Shown piece after piece: positions 19,491 through 30,118 of a stretch of 64,000 nt of DNA. Both the position numbers and the translations under genes were made by a program. The stretch's first letter is position 1. Each line of letters starts with the position of its first letter. Location: NCBI GenBank assembly GCA_963727445.1, contig CAVSGI010000002.1:147494-211493 (forward strand), read 5' to 3'. Origin of the DNA: an uncultured delta proteobacterium (GTDB taxonomy: Bacteria; Myxococcota_A; Polyangia; Polyangiales; B10-G4). The notes beneath the pieces were generated by a model. It was not told the origin of the DNA. It did not search any database and worked only from the letters and a program-made list of their open reading frames with translations.

Positions 19491-20675
19491 ATGCCCGCAC
19501 ATATCGTCTGGATGATCGCAGTGATTGCAATGGGTTGCGGTGGGGGTTCCGAGGTGGTGACCCCCGCCGAGAGACCCCATGCGAGCCGCGGCGAAGAGAG
19601 CCGCGAGGCGCTGGTCGAGGGGGACCTCTCACGGGCCTCGGAGCTCGCCTCGGAGGCACTTCGGGAGGCGTCTTCGGACACCGTCGCACAGCACGTCGCG
19701 GCGCTGGTGGCGCTGGCCCGGGGAGACGACGCCCGCGTCGTGCGCCTCCTCGAGGGGGCCACCCAGCCTCCGCTCGTTCGGCTCCGGGCCCGGGCCCATG
19801 CGGCGTCGGGGGATTACGAGGCCGTGGCGCGCGATCTCGAGAGCGTGGAGGGCCAGGAGCCCGCCGACGGCTGGGCGGAGGCCATGCTGCCCCTCGCGCG
19901 CCTCGCGAAGGTGCTCCACTGTCACGAGACGAGCGGCGCCGCTCGGGCCAGTCTCCCCTTCGCCGGCCGCTCTCCCCTTCCCCTGGTCGAGATCGCCGTC
20001 GACGGTCGGCCGGTCAACGCCCTCATCGCCACCCAGGCCGACCTCACGATCGTCGACGACGACCTCAGGGGCGAGGCCGGCATCCTCGGGCAGATCGAGC
20101 TCGGGCCCCTCCAGATGCAGAACGTCCCGGCTCTCGTCCGCGATCTCGCACCCATCGACGCGCAGGTGGGTGAGTCGGTGGGCGCGGTGCTGGGCCTCGA
20201 CGTGCTCCTCCGCCTCGGCGTGACAATCGACTTTCGAGAGCGGTGGGTCGTCGTTCGACAACAGGGCAGCGAGGCGTCCGAGGGCGCCGCGGCGGTCCCC
20301 TTCCTCACCCTCGGAGGGAGCTTTCTCGCGCTCGAAGGGAGGCTCGACGATCGGCGCGACGCCCTCATCGCCTTCGACACCGCGGGACCGTTCCCCGTCG
20401 CGGTCTCGGACGCCGCGGCTCAAGACCTCGGCCACGACCCGCGCACGCTGCCGCCGGCGGAGGGCGCACCTTCCGACGAGATCCGCATGCTCACGCTCGA
20501 GAAGCTGGCGATGGGAAGCGCGGTCATCGAAGGTGTGCCCGCAGCGACCGGGCTCATCCCCGCCGATCTCTCGGAGCTCGCCGGCGCCCCCGTCGACGCC
20601 ATCGTCGGCGCCATCGCGCTGCAGCAGATGCGCATCACCATCGACGCCGAGGGCCGGCGCCTGCTCTTCGATTGA
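19491..20675 (+). CDS. Lipoprotein with TPR-like region and two retropepsin-like aspartyl protease domains
   Basis: IAMGCGG lipobox-like; ALIATQA and AFDTAG sites; VLGLDVL...VTIDF and IVGAIAL...ITIDA. Confidence 0.65.
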   Translation: MPAHIVWMIAVIAMGCGGGSEVVTPAERPHASRGEESREALVEGDLSRASELASEALREASSDTVAQHVAALVALARGDDARVVRLLEGATQPPLVRLRARAHAASGDYEAVARDLESVEGQEPADGWAEAMLPLARLAKVLHCHETSGAARASLPFAGRSPLPLVEIAVDGRPVNALIATQADLTIVDDDLRGEAGILGQIELGPLQMQNVPALVRDLAPIDAQVGESVGAVLGLDVLLRLGVTIDFRERWVVVRQQGSEASEGAAAVPFLTLGGSFLALEGRLDDRRDALIAFDTAGPFPVAVSDAAAQDLGHDPRTLPPAEGAPSDEIRMLTLEKLAMGSAVIEGVPAATGLIPADLSELAGAPVDAIVGAIALQQMRITIDAEGRRLLFD

Positions 20676-20771
20676 CCTTCGGCCCCGCGCGCCCGTTCCT
20701 GACGCTGCGAGGGGGCCGACGAACGAGCGAGGCCCTTCCGTGGCTCTGCATCAGGCACTATGTTCCGCGGC

Positions 20772-21347
20772 GTGGAAGACCCGATCGCGCTGGTCACAGA
20801 GCACTTCAGGCGCGCCCGCGAGAGCGAGAGCTTCGACGCCAGCCGCGCCGCCCTCGCCACCGTCGACGAAGAGGGCCGCCCTGCGGTGCGCTTCGTCCTC
20901 GTCCGGCAGATCGAGGACGCCGGCTTCTACTTCTACACCAACTACGACAGCGACAAGGCGCATCAGCTCGACCACACCCCGCACGCCGCGATCGTCTGGC
21001 ACTGGTCGTCGATCGGCATCCAGGTGCGCGTCGAGGGAGCGACCGAGCGCGCTCTGGCGGAGCGCTCCGACGCGTACTTCGCCACGCGCGCCCGCGAGAG
21101 TCAGATCGGCGCGTGGGCCTCGCATCAGAGCCACCCGCTGGCCTCACGCGAGGCCCTGGACGCGCGCGTCGAGGAGGTCCGCGCCCGGTTTGCGGGCGGT
21201 GAGGTGCCGCGCCCACCGCATTGGGGCGGCTATCGCCTCGCGCCCCGGCGCATCGAGATCTGGCACGAAGGCGCGCATCGCCTCCACGACCGCTTCCGCT
21301 ACGATCGCGACGGCGACGCATGGCGCATGACGCGCCTGTCGCCCTGA
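20772..21347 (+). CDS. pdxH: Pyridoxamine 5'-phosphate oxidase
   Basis: ALATV, FYTNYDSDK, QVRVEG, SQIGAWASHQS, PPHWGGY, RLHDR. Confidence 0.93.
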   Translation: MEDPIALVTEHFRRARESESFDASRAALATVDEEGRPAVRFVLVRQIEDAGFYFYTNYDSDKAHQLDHTPHAAIVWHWSSIGIQVRVEGATERALAERSDAYFATRARESQIGAWASHQSHPLASREALDARVEEVRARFAGGEVPRPPHWGGYRLAPRRIEIWHEGAHRLHDRFRYDRDGDAWRMTRLSP

Positions 21348-21357
21348 GACGCGGCGA

Positions 21358-21999
21358 CTACCCGGGGAGCTCGTCGTCGAGCGACAGCGTATCGAGGAGC
21401 TGCGAGACGAGGGCGCCGAGCGTCTGCGGGCCTTCGACGACATCGGAGAGCGTTCGGTCGTCCTCGGTGAATGATTCGAGGAGCTCGCGCACGCCTTCGG
21501 CGTCGACCTCGGCCAGGGCGCACGCCGCCTCCGCCGCGACGTCGGCGTCCGCGTGATCGAGGAGCTGCACCAGCACGTCGAGGGGCGGTGGGGCGTCGAC
21601 GTCGGCGCAATCGAGGAGCAGCCCGGGGAGCTCGAGGAGCGCCGGGCCCTCGAGCCCCTCGTCGAGGGCGTCGAGGACGACCTTGGCGAGCACCGGCAGG
21701 CGGGCGGCGCCCCCGCGCGCGAGGCCGATCGCGGCGCGGGCCCGCACCGAAGGATCCGGGTCGTTCAGGATGTTGAGGAGGAGCGCCGTCGCCCCGGCGT
21801 CCTCCACGCGGGCGAGCAGATCCGCGAGCACCTGCAGGCGGAAGCTCCGCTCGGTACGCTCGGGGTGGTTGCGCGCCTCGTCCAGGGCCACCGAGAGCCG
21901 CGGGACCAGCTCGGCGTCCTCGGCCACGTCGAGGACCGCAGCCTCGGCCTCCAGGGCGGCTTTTCGGGCGCGGTAGAGCACCGCCAGACGGTCCTTCAT
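21358..21999 (-). CDS. HEAT-repeat protein
   Basis: [34 protein letters not shown]. Confidence 0.75.
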   Translation of the reverse strand: MKDRLAVLYRARKAALEAEAAVLDVAEDAELVPRLSVALDEARNHPERTERSFRLQVLADLLARVEDAGATALLLNILNDPDPSVRARAAIGLARGGAARLPVLAKVVLDALDEGLEGPALLELPGLLLDCADVDAPPPLDVLVQLLDHADADVAAEAACALAEVDAEGVRELLESFTEDDRTLSDVVEGPQTLGALVSQLLDTLSLDDELPG

Positions 22000-22112
22000 C
22001 CCGGGGGAATCCCACGAGGTGGGGGCCCGGCGCAACCCCCCGAGGATGCGGCCTTAATGGCCACCGCTTTGGCTGCCTCGGGGAGCGCTGCGTGGTAGCC
22101 TGCGCGGCGATC

Positions 22113-25100
22113 GTGGATCCCCACGCCGAGAGTCTGGTCGCACGATTGAAGCGCAATCCGGACGACGCCGAGGCCTACTCGGCGCTGAGGGCTCACTACC
22201 ACCGTCTGGGTGACTACGCTTCACTCGCCAACCTCCTCGAAGGTTGGGCGGCGCGAGCCTCGGACGTGAGCGCCGCCGCCTCGGCCTACTTCGAGGCCGC
22301 CGAGCTCTGCGAGGGCTACCTCGACGATCGGGTGCGGGCGATCAGCCTGCTCGAGCGCTCCCTCGAAAAGAACCCGATGTACCTCGACTCGTCGGTGCGC
22401 CTCGAGGAGGTCTTCGAGGCCACCGGCGACCAGCGCCGCCTCCTCGACGTCCTCGAGCGTCGCGCCAAGGCCTTCGTCGACGCCGGCGCCGACCCCCGCC
22501 ACGCGGCGGCCATCCACCAGCAGATGGGTGAGATCTGGGAGCAGCGCCTGGGACGCGTCGACCGCGCCATCAACCACTACCGCAAAGCCTTCGAGCTCGA
22601 CAGCACGTTGGTGACGGCGATCTACGCCGCGCGCGAGATCTATCGCAGCGCCGGCAACCTCAAGGCCGCGTCCTCGCTCTACGACCTCGAGGTCGCCGCC
22701 GAGGCCGACCCGAAGCGCAAGGTCGCGCTCTTGCGCGAGGTGGCGCACATGCGCGCCGAGCAGCTGGGCGACACCGAGGGCGCCATCACCGCCCTCAAAC
22801 GCGCGCAGACGCAGGCGCCGACCGATCTGTCGGTGATGCACGACCTCGCGACGGTGCTGCTCAAGCGCGCCGACACCCAGGGCGACGCAGGCTCCGCCAC
22901 CCTCGATCGCCAGAAGGCCGCCGACCTGCTCTTCCAGATGGCCCAGAGCGTGCCGCCCGATCACGGCATCGCTTACGCCGAAGCTGCGCTCGACGCGGCC
23001 CCCGATCACGACGGCGCGCTCGACCTCCTCGAGCGCATCGCAGGCGACCTGGGTCGCGCCGACGTCCTGCCCGTGCGCTGGGTGGCGTACCTTCAGGTCG
23101 CGCCGGAGTCGCCGACCACCGACCGCATGCGCCGGCGCCTCGGTGCCGCCTACGTCGAGGCGGATCAGCTCGAGGACGCGATCATCTGCTACGAGCCGCT
23201 CCTCGAGCGCGGAGACGCCGAGGCCGCCGAGTCGCTGGTGGACCTCTATCGCCGGGCGGGCCGCGAGCGCGACGTGGTCCGCGCGCTCTCGGTGGCGGTG
23301 GCGGGCCTGCCCGCCGACAAGCGCATCCCGCGCCTGCGCGAGATCATCTCCATCCTGGTCGAGCACGGCGAGCTCAGCGAGGCCCGCGACCGGGCGCGCG
23401 AGATCCTGGCCCTCGATCCCGCCAATCCCGAGGCCCTGGCCTTCCTCGAAGACGACTGCCGGAGCCGTGGGGCCTGGGGCGAGCTTCGCGACCTCCTCCT
23501 CGCGGCGGGCCGCGTCCCGGGGCTCTCCGTCGACGCGCGCAAGCAGCGCCTGCGCGAGGTCGCCTCCATCTGCGAGGAGAAGCTGGAGGATCTGGAAGGC
23601 GCCATCAGCGCGTGGCGCGCGTGCACTGCGCTCGACCCGGCAGACGGCGCCGCGCGCAAGCGCCTGGCCGCCCTCCTCGAGCACACCGAGCGCTGGGACG
23701 AGCTGGTGCAGGTGCTCGAACGAGAGGCGCTCTCGCTCACCGACCCGGACGAGAAGGCAGACGTGCACCGCAAGCTCGCGCGCATCCATCGCCACTGCCG
23801 GCAGAGCCTGATGGAGGCGGTGGAGGCCTACCGCGCACTGCGGGAGATCCGGCCCGGCGACGACGAGGCCCGCGACGAGATGTGCGACACGCTCATCGAG
23901 GCGGGAGCCTTCCTCGAGGCGGTCCCGATGATGCGCCAGCGCATCGACGGCGCGGTCGACAGCGACGAGCGCATCGAGCTCCTCGCGCGGCTGGCGGCGC
24001 TCCTTCACGAGCAGGTGGGCGACGACGAAGGCGCCTTCGAGACGGCGACGCGCCTCCTCGACGAAGACCCCGGTAACGCGACGGCGCTCGATCGCATGGA
24101 GCGGATCGACCGGGAGGCCGAGAACTGGTCGCGCCTCCTCGAGACGCTCTCCTACCGCACGGAGCTCGCCGAATTGGACGAGCGCGCGCAGATCTTCGTG
24201 CGCATGGCCGACATCGCAGACCGAGCGCTCGGCGATCTCGACCGGGCCGCGGAGTACTACGCGCACGCCGTCGACCTGTCTCCCACGCCGGAGACGCTCG
24301 ACGCGCTGTGCAGCGTCTACGACCGCGCGAATCGCTACAAGGACCTGGTGGTCCTGCTCAGGCAGCGGGCCAAGGACGAGACCGAGCCCCTCGCGCGCGG
24401 GGAGCTCTACCGGCGCATCGCCCGCACCATGCGCGACCGGGTCCGCAACGACGACGCGGCGGCGGAGGCGTACATCGAGGTCCTCACCGGCGGTGAGGAC
24501 GAAGAAGCGCTGCGTTTCCTCGAGACGCACAACGATCGCATCGGCGATCACGGCAGCCGCGTCGAGTACCTGGGCCGGCTGGCGGCGCTGGTGGACGACG
24601 AAGACGAGCGACGCGACCTCTTGATGGAGAAGGCGCGGGTGCTCACGGACCACCTCGAAGACGACTCCGAGGCGATGCGTGTGCTCTCCGACGTCGTCAC
24701 CCGCGTCGACCCCAACCACCTCGGTGCGCTCGCCAAGCTGGCGGCGCTCGCGGAGAAGCTCGAAGAGCCCAAGACGCTCTCCATGGCGCTCGAGCGCCAG
24801 CTCGAGATCACCGAGGACGGCGGGTTGCGGATGCCCATCGCGCGCCGACTCGCCGACCTCTACGAGAACGAGCTGGACGACGCGCCGCGCGCGATCGAGG
24901 CGCTCGGGCACTGGGCGGATGCCGACCTGATGGAGCCCGAGCCCCTGCGACGGCGCGCGCGCCTGCTCGAGGCGGCGGGGCGAATCGAAGAGCTCATCCA
25001 ATGCCTCGACGCGCTCGCCGGCATCGAGCAGAACGAGGCGGTCACCAGCGAGCTGATCCAGAAGGCCGCGCGCCTCTCGGTGGAGCACCTTGGCGACGTC

Positions 25101-27308
25101 GACGGTGCATGGAAGCGACTCTCGGAGCTCGCGGCCGAAGGGGACGACGACTGCGAGCTGGCGCTTCGCGACCTCGCCAAGGAAGTGGCGCGGGGTGAGC
25201 AGCTGGCGCAGTTCTTCGTGACGCTGGCGCAGGAGTCGACGCTCGAATCGGAGCAGCGGCGGCGGTGGCTCGACGCGTCGGAGGTCCTCGAGACGTATCT
25301 GAACGACTCGGGTCGGGCTCTCGAGGCAACGCTGCGCGCCTTCGCGACCGACCTCGACGACGAAGCGATCCTCGACGACGTGGATCGCCTCGCCGAGGCC
25401 GCCGGGGCCTGGCAGCGCATCAACCAGGTCTACGAAACCCTCTTCAAGCGCGCCGATGGCACGGAAGCCAAGGTCTCGCTCCTCATGCGGCAGGCGCATC
25501 TGCTCGATGCCAAGGCCCAGGATCCAGGCGCCGCCCTCGACCTGGTGCTTCGCGCCTGCAACCTCGCACCAGAGGACGAGGACGTGCTCGAGACCGCCGA
25601 GGAGCTCGCCCCCCGGGCCGGACGGGCCGAGGAGCTCTTCGTCGTCTACGACCGCCGGCGCGCCAAAGCCGACGACGACGCGGGACGGGTAGAGGCGCTG
25701 CTCCGTGGAGCGAAGCTCGCCGACGTCGGCATGAAGGATCGTGACCGCGCGATGAGCATGGTTCAGAACGCCGTGCTCTCGAGCAAGACGCCCGAGCTGC
25801 TGCTGGTGATCGAAGCCGCGGTACGCGAGCTCGACGACCTCCGGCCGGAGCTCGGAGAGGCGGCCGCGGTCAAGGCCCTGGTCGCGGTCTATCAGGGGCT
25901 CGCCGAGAAGGTCGCCGAGGATGCGCCGGAGGTCAGCGCCGCGATGCTTCGTCGCGCCGCCGGCGTGTGCCTCGAGGACCTCGACGACGCACAGAGCGGT
26001 CTGAAGTACCTGGTTCGCGCGACGACCTACGCACCCGGCGATGAGCAGATCCTCGACGAGCTCGAGCAGGTCTCCGAACACGCGGGGCGCCTCGACGCCT
26101 TTCAGAAGCACCTCGACAAGCTGGTGCAGGAGGCCCTCGACCAGGCGACGGCGGCTGCCCTCCTCAAGCGCCGCGGCCGGATCCTCGAGGTCGAGCTCGA
26201 GCGTTACGGCGAAGCGGCAGACGTGTTCACCCGGTTGATGTCGCTCAAGCGCCACGACCCCGAGGTCCCGCCGCGCCTCAAGAACTGCCTGCGGAAATCG
26301 GGACGTCATCAGGACCTCTTGATGGCGCTCGAGCGCGAAGCGGATCGGGCGGACGACACGATCCTGAAGGTCGACCTCTACAAGGACGTGGCGCGGGTCT
26401 GGGAGGAGGACCTGGGCAACAAGTGGGAGGCGATCGACGCCTGGAAGCGGGTGCTCAAGGAAGACCCGGACGACGAGGAAGCGACCGAAGCGGTGCAGCG
26501 CCTCGGGCACAGCACGCGTCGCCTGAGCACCGCCGAGCTCTCTGACGTCGCGGGTATGGGCAAGAGCCACGACGACACCGGCGAGGTCGACGTGCCGCAG
26601 CCGGGAAGCGCAGCGCCCTTCGAGGAGGACCCGAGCGGTGACTTCACCTCGCCGGCCCTTCTCGCGCCGAGCTCGGAGCCGGCGGCCGAGTTCGACGACC
26701 ACACCGAGACCACGGGCGACGACTTCCTGGACGAGCTCGGCCCGTCGGAGCGGCGCCGGATGGACATGGACGAGGTGGTGGCCAACGAAGGGATGGACGA
26801 GGACGCGCTCGGCCAGACCCTCGACGAGAGCGAGCCCATGGTCCTCGCGCCGCCGGTCTCCGTCGACCGCCTGATCGTCCCCGGCGACCCGCAGGGCTTC
26901 GCCGATTTTGGCACCGAAGAGAGCACCATGACGGGCTCGGACGACGGCTCGGAACAGGAGCCGCGCGAGGTCACCAACGAGCTCGACATCTCGGAGGTCG
27001 ACGAGATCGAGGAGGATGACGACGAGACCGCCGTCGGCAGCGACCTCGAGCCGATCTCCCTCGACACGGGCGAGATCGACGTCGCGCGCATCGACACCGG
27101 CGACATCCTGATCGAAGAGGATTCGATCCAAGAGCTGGACGGGGACGAGCTCCTCGAGGAGCTCGATTCGGCGGAGCTCGCCCCGCAGCCGACGCGAAGC
27201 GTGCCCCCGCCGCCTCCACCCAGCGTGAGCCGCCCGCCGCCTCCGCCGCCGCGGGGAGGGGCATCGTCGATGCCTCCGCCGATCCCGGTGGGCAAGAAGG
27301 ACGACTGA
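22113..27308 (+). CDS. Giant TPR solenoid protein with acidic and Pro-rich tail (AgmK-like architecture)
   Basis: Many TPR-like units (AINHYRKAFELD, AISAWRACTALDP, AIDAWKRVLKEDP); D/E-rich then poly-Pro C-terminus. Confidence 0.85.
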   Translation: MDPHAESLVARLKRNPDDAEAYSALRAHYHRLGDYASLANLLEGWAARASDVSAAASAYFEAAELCEGYLDDRVRAISLLERSLEKNPMYLDSSVRLEEVFEATGDQRRLLDVLERRAKAFVDAGADPRHAAAIHQQMGEIWEQRLGRVDRAINHYRKAFELDSTLVTAIYAAREIYRSAGNLKAASSLYDLEVAAEADPKRKVALLREVAHMRAEQLGDTEGAITALKRAQTQAPTDLSVMHDLATVLLKRADTQGDAGSATLDRQKAADLLFQMAQSVPPDHGIAYAEAALDAAPDHDGALDLLERIAGDLGRADVLPVRWVAYLQVAPESPTTDRMRRRLGAAYVEADQLEDAIICYEPLLERGDAEAAESLVDLYRRAGRERDVVRALSVAVAGLPADKRIPRLREIISILVEHGELSEARDRAREILALDPANPEALAFLEDDCRSRGAWGELRDLLLAAGRVPGLSVDARKQRLREVASICEEKLEDLEGAISAWRACTALDPADGAARKRLAALLEHTERWDELVQVLEREALSLTDPDEKADVHRKLARIHRHCRQSLMEAVEAYRALREIRPGDDEARDEMCDTLIEAGAFLEAVPMMRQRIDGAVDSDERIELLARLAALLHEQVGDDEGAFETATRLLDEDPGNATALDRMERIDREAENWSRLLETLSYRTELAELDERAQIFVRMADIADRALGDLDRAAEYYAHAVDLSPTPETLDALCSVYDRANRYKDLVVLLRQRAKDETEPLARGELYRRIARTMRDRVRNDDAAAEAYIEVLTGGEDEEALRFLETHNDRIGDHGSRVEYLGRLAALVDDEDERRDLLMEKARVLTDHLEDDSEAMRVLSDVVTRVDPNHLGALAKLAALAEKLEEPKTLSMALERQLEITEDGGLRMPIARRLADLYENELDDAPRAIEALGHWADADLMEPEPLRRRARLLEAAGRIEELIQCLDALAGIEQNEAVTSELIQKAARLSVEHLGDVDGAWKRLSELAAEGDDDCELALRDLAKEVARGEQLAQFFVTLAQESTLESEQRRRWLDASEVLETYLNDSGRALEATLRAFATDLDDEAILDDVDRLAEAAGAWQRINQVYETLFKRADGTEAKVSLLMRQAHLLDAKAQDPGAALDLVLRACNLAPEDEDVLETAEELAPRAGRAEELFVVYDRRRAKADDDAGRVEALLRGAKLADVGMKDRDRAMSMVQNAVLSSKTPELLLVIEAAVRELDDLRPELGEAAAVKALVAVYQGLAEKVAEDAPEVSAAMLRRAAGVCLEDLDDAQSGLKYLVRATTYAPGDEQILDELEQVSEHAGRLDAFQKHLDKLVQEALDQATAAALLKRRGRILEVELERYGEAADVFTRLMSLKRHDPEVPPRLKNCLRKSGRHQDLLMALEREADRADDTILKVDLYKDVARVWEEDLGNKWEAIDAWKRVLKEDPDDEEATEAVQRLGHSTRRLSTAELSDVAGMGKSHDDTGEVDVPQPGSAAPFEEDPSGDFTSPALLAPSSEPAAEFDDHTETTGDDFLDELGPSERRRMDMDEVVANEGMDEDALGQTLDESEPMVLAPPVSVDRLIVPGDPQGFADFGTEESTMTGSDDGSEQEPREVTNELDISEVDEIEEDDDETAVGSDLEPISLDTGEIDVARIDTGDILIEEDSIQELDGDELLEELDSAELAPQPTRSVPPPPPPSVSRPPPPPPRGGASSMPPPIPVGKKDD

Positions 27309-27333
27309 GCGCCTGGTCGACTGCTCGGCGCGC

Positions 27334-27938
27334 TCAGCGAACCGGAACGCCGAAGAGCAGCTGATGTAGCCACAGGAAGAACGCCGCGTAGAGGCCGAGG
27401 CCGACGACGATGGCGATGGCGTCGCCGGCGCTCCAGCCGCGCGGCTCGGGGGTTTCGAGTCGGGGCCGGGGGCGGTGGGAGCCGGCTGAGGCCGACGATG
27501 GCGCCGCTTCAGCGAGATCCGATCAGCGACTGCCCAGGCGAGGAAGCTGCCGAAGAGCAGGACGTCCGCCAGGGTGCCGTTGACGAGGAGATGGGCGAGC
27601 GCCCAGGTCTTCACCGCGGTGAGCATCGGATGCTTGACCGTGGATTTGATCTTTCCCGGCGCGTAGGTCGCCACCAGGAGCGGGAAGACCGGGAGCATCA
27701 AGAGCCAGACGACGTGCCGCATCCACACCGGCGACTGATAGAGCATCACCGGCGTCTGCCGCGCCTGCCCGAAGCCCCAGACCAGAAGCGCGAAGGAGGC
27801 GATTGACACGACCGTGTAGATGCCCTTGAAGGTCGGGGCGCCGAGGCGTTCGACGAGTCGATTCCGCGCGCCTCGCGACACGATCGACAGCGAGTGGACC
27901 CCGAGGAAGAGCGCCAGCCCGATGACCAGGAAGGCCAC
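27334..27938 (-). CDS. NnrU family membrane protein (apparent frameshift near 27450-27500)
   Basis: GLALFLGVHS, KHPML..VKTWALAHLLVNG.LADVLLFGSFLAW; final helix GDAIAIVVGLGLY...LHQLLFGVPV in another frame. Confidence 0.85.
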
Positions 27939-27939
27939 G

Positions 27940-28978
27940 CTACGCCCGCGGGTTCTTCAGGTGCCGGCGCGCGACCTCGGCCCACGGTCCCGTCGGGATC
28001 GAGGCGCAGGTAGCTCTCCCAATGCGGCCGGGCCGCGGCCGGGCGGCCGAGCTCTTCGTAGGCCATGGCCAGGTTGAAGTGGGCATCGGCGAAGGCCGGG
28101 TCCTGGACCAGCGCCTCCTCGAAATGCGGGAGGGCGGTGCGCGGATCGCCCCGCTCGAAGGCGAGGAAACCGAGGTTGTAATGCGCCTCGGGCTGCGCGG
28201 GATCGACCATCAAGGCGCGCTGATAGAGGAGCTCTGCCTCGTCCAGGTCGCCCCGCCGGAAGGAGATGTTGCCGAGGTTGGTGATGGCGTTGGAGAGCGA
28301 CGGATCGAGAGAGAGCGCCTGGCGGTATAGATCCGCCGCTCGCTCGACCGTGGTCTCTTCCTCGTCGAGTCGACAGCCCTCGAGGTAGAGGTCGTAGGCC
28401 TTTTGTTTGTCGGCGTTGCCCGGCCGGCGCTCGTCGAGCGCGCGCACCACGTCGTCGCGAAGCGCCGACACCTCGAAGTCGAGGACCATCTGCCCCGTGG
28501 TCGGCTCGAAGGTGCCGCTGTCACCCTGCACCACCACGGTCTGACCGTCGGTGGTCACCCGCAGCTCGGAGAGCGGGCGCACCACCCGCGGCAGATCTTT
28601 CTTCAGGGCCTCGACGCTCTTGCGCACCTGCTGCAGCGACATGCCCGACTCGAGCAGGCCCTTCGCGACGCGCAGGCCGATCAGATCCTGGAAGGTGTAG
28701 AATCGCCGGCGACCCGAACGGCCGGAGGGCGACAAGAACCCCGAGCGATCCCAGTAGCGGAGCCGGCCGACCTTCAGACCGAAGACGCGCGCCACCTCGT
28801 GCACGCTGTAGAGATCCGCGAGGGGATCCTCTTTGCGCTCGCGGCGCGCGGCGGGTGTCGGCTTCGGCGTCTCGGCGACCTCGACCTCGGGCGGGGGGGC
28901 CTTGGGTCGGGTCTCCACGTCGGCCACCCCGTCCTTGCCGAAGCGGACGTGGATGACGTTGTCGCGGTCCTCGTTCAT
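27940..28978 (-). CDS. MerR-type HTH plus TPR protein (apparent frameshift near 27990)
   Basis: YSVHEVARVFGL..GRLRYWD..GFLSP...RRFYTFQDL; TPRs AITNLG, AHYNLG, AHFNLA; corrected end WAEVARRHLKNPRA. Confidence 0.85.
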
Positions 28979-29415
28979 CGGCTTTCGGCTGAAGATACGC
29001 CGAAGGGGACCTCGAGGTCGACGTCGAGGTGCAGCTCGTCGCCCGTGAGGTCGACGTGCGTCTCCACGTGCGCCGTCCCCAGCTTCTCGGTGGGAAAGCG
29101 CCGCGCGACCTCGGCCATGGCGATGCGCATCGCGCGGATCCTCACGCGCACCGAGCCGTCCATCGCCGACAGGAGCCGGGCGCGCCCTTCGATGCCCAGG
29201 GGACGCCTCAGATGAGCCTCCACCCGGCCGAGATCGATGGTGATCATCGTGCTTCCGTAGAAGACCCCGTCCCGCACGCTGCCCTCGGAGAGGACCTCGA
29301 CCTCGGAGAAGAGCAATTCCTCCGTCTGGCGGTCGAGCGCGACGTGGGAGCGCTCCCGGAGGGCTTTCGCCTTTTCCGCCCTCGCCGGGCCTTTGATTTT
29401 GGGCTTTTCCGCCAT
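28975..29415 (-). CDS. Hypothetical protein, translationally coupled to MerR-TPR gene
   Basis: Coding-like ORF; stop overlaps next start (ATGA). Confidence 0.7.
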   Translation of the reverse strand: MAEKPKIKGPARAEKAKALRERSHVALDRQTEELLFSEVEVLSEGSVRDGVFYGSTMITIDLGRVEAHLRRPLGIEGRARLLSAMDGSVRVRIRAMRIAMAEVARRFPTEKLGTAHVETHVDLTGDELHLDVDLEVPFGVSSAESR

Positions 29416-29572
29416 CTCCCCCGGACCATCCTACACACACCTACATCTGGACCTACAAAAAGAGACGGAGGCGTCGATCCACCTCGGCGCCTGGCTCGTA
29501 CTGGTTTTCAGGGTCTTTCACCGTGTTCCCATTCATTGCCCGCCTGACGCCTCTTTGCGATCCTCCATCCCC

Positions 29573-30118
29573 GTGGTGGACGAAGCCCCAGAGGACGAGG
29601 AGCTCGTGATGCGTGTCGCATCGGGAGATCAGAGCGCCCTGGGCGACCTCTACGACCGCCACGGGCCGACGATGATGGCCATCGGGCTCAAGATCCTGAA
29701 GAACCCGCGGGAGGCCGAGGACCTGCTCCACGACGTCTTCGTCGAAGCCTGGAAGCGAGCGAACACCTACGACCCCGGGCGCGGCTCGGTGCGCGCGTGG
29801 CTCTGCCTCAGAATGCGCAGCCGCTGCCTCGACCGGGTCAAGTCCGCCCGATGGAACCGCTCGCAGCCCCTGCCCGAGCGCGAGAGCCACATGGGCCCGG
29901 GCAGCGAGACGAGCGCCGAGACCATGGCCGATGCGAGCCGGCTCAAAGCCGCGCTCGCCGAGCTTCCCGAGGAGCAGCGCGTCGTGCTGATCCTCGGTTA
30001 CTTCGAGGGCCTCTCCTCGTCCGAGATCGCCGTGCGGTTGGGCGTCCCCATCGGCACGGTCAAGTCGCGGGTTGCGGCGGCGATGGGGAAAATGAAGAAA
30101 GCGATGGAGACGAAGTGA
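29573..30118 (+). CDS. ECF RNA polymerase sigma factor
   Basis: GDQSALGDLYDRH, EAEDLLHDVF...W, LPEEQR...YFEGLSSSEIA..LGVPIGTVKSR. Confidence 0.93.
   Translation: MVDEAPEDEELVMRVASGDQSALGDLYDRHGPTMMAIGLKILKNPREAEDLLHDVFVEAWKRANTYDPGRGSVRAWLCLRMRSRCLDRVKSARWNRSQPLPERESHMGPGSETSAETMADASRLKAALAELPEEQRVVLILGYFEGLSSSEIAVRLGVPIGTVKSRVAAAMGKMKKAMETK

Noticed and set aside
22221..27500. 1905-aa minus ORF as an NnrU fusion, and other long antisense ORFs (12256-15273, 48411-51881)
   Set aside because: Shadow frames of high-GC3 genes; NnrU joins it only through a frameshift
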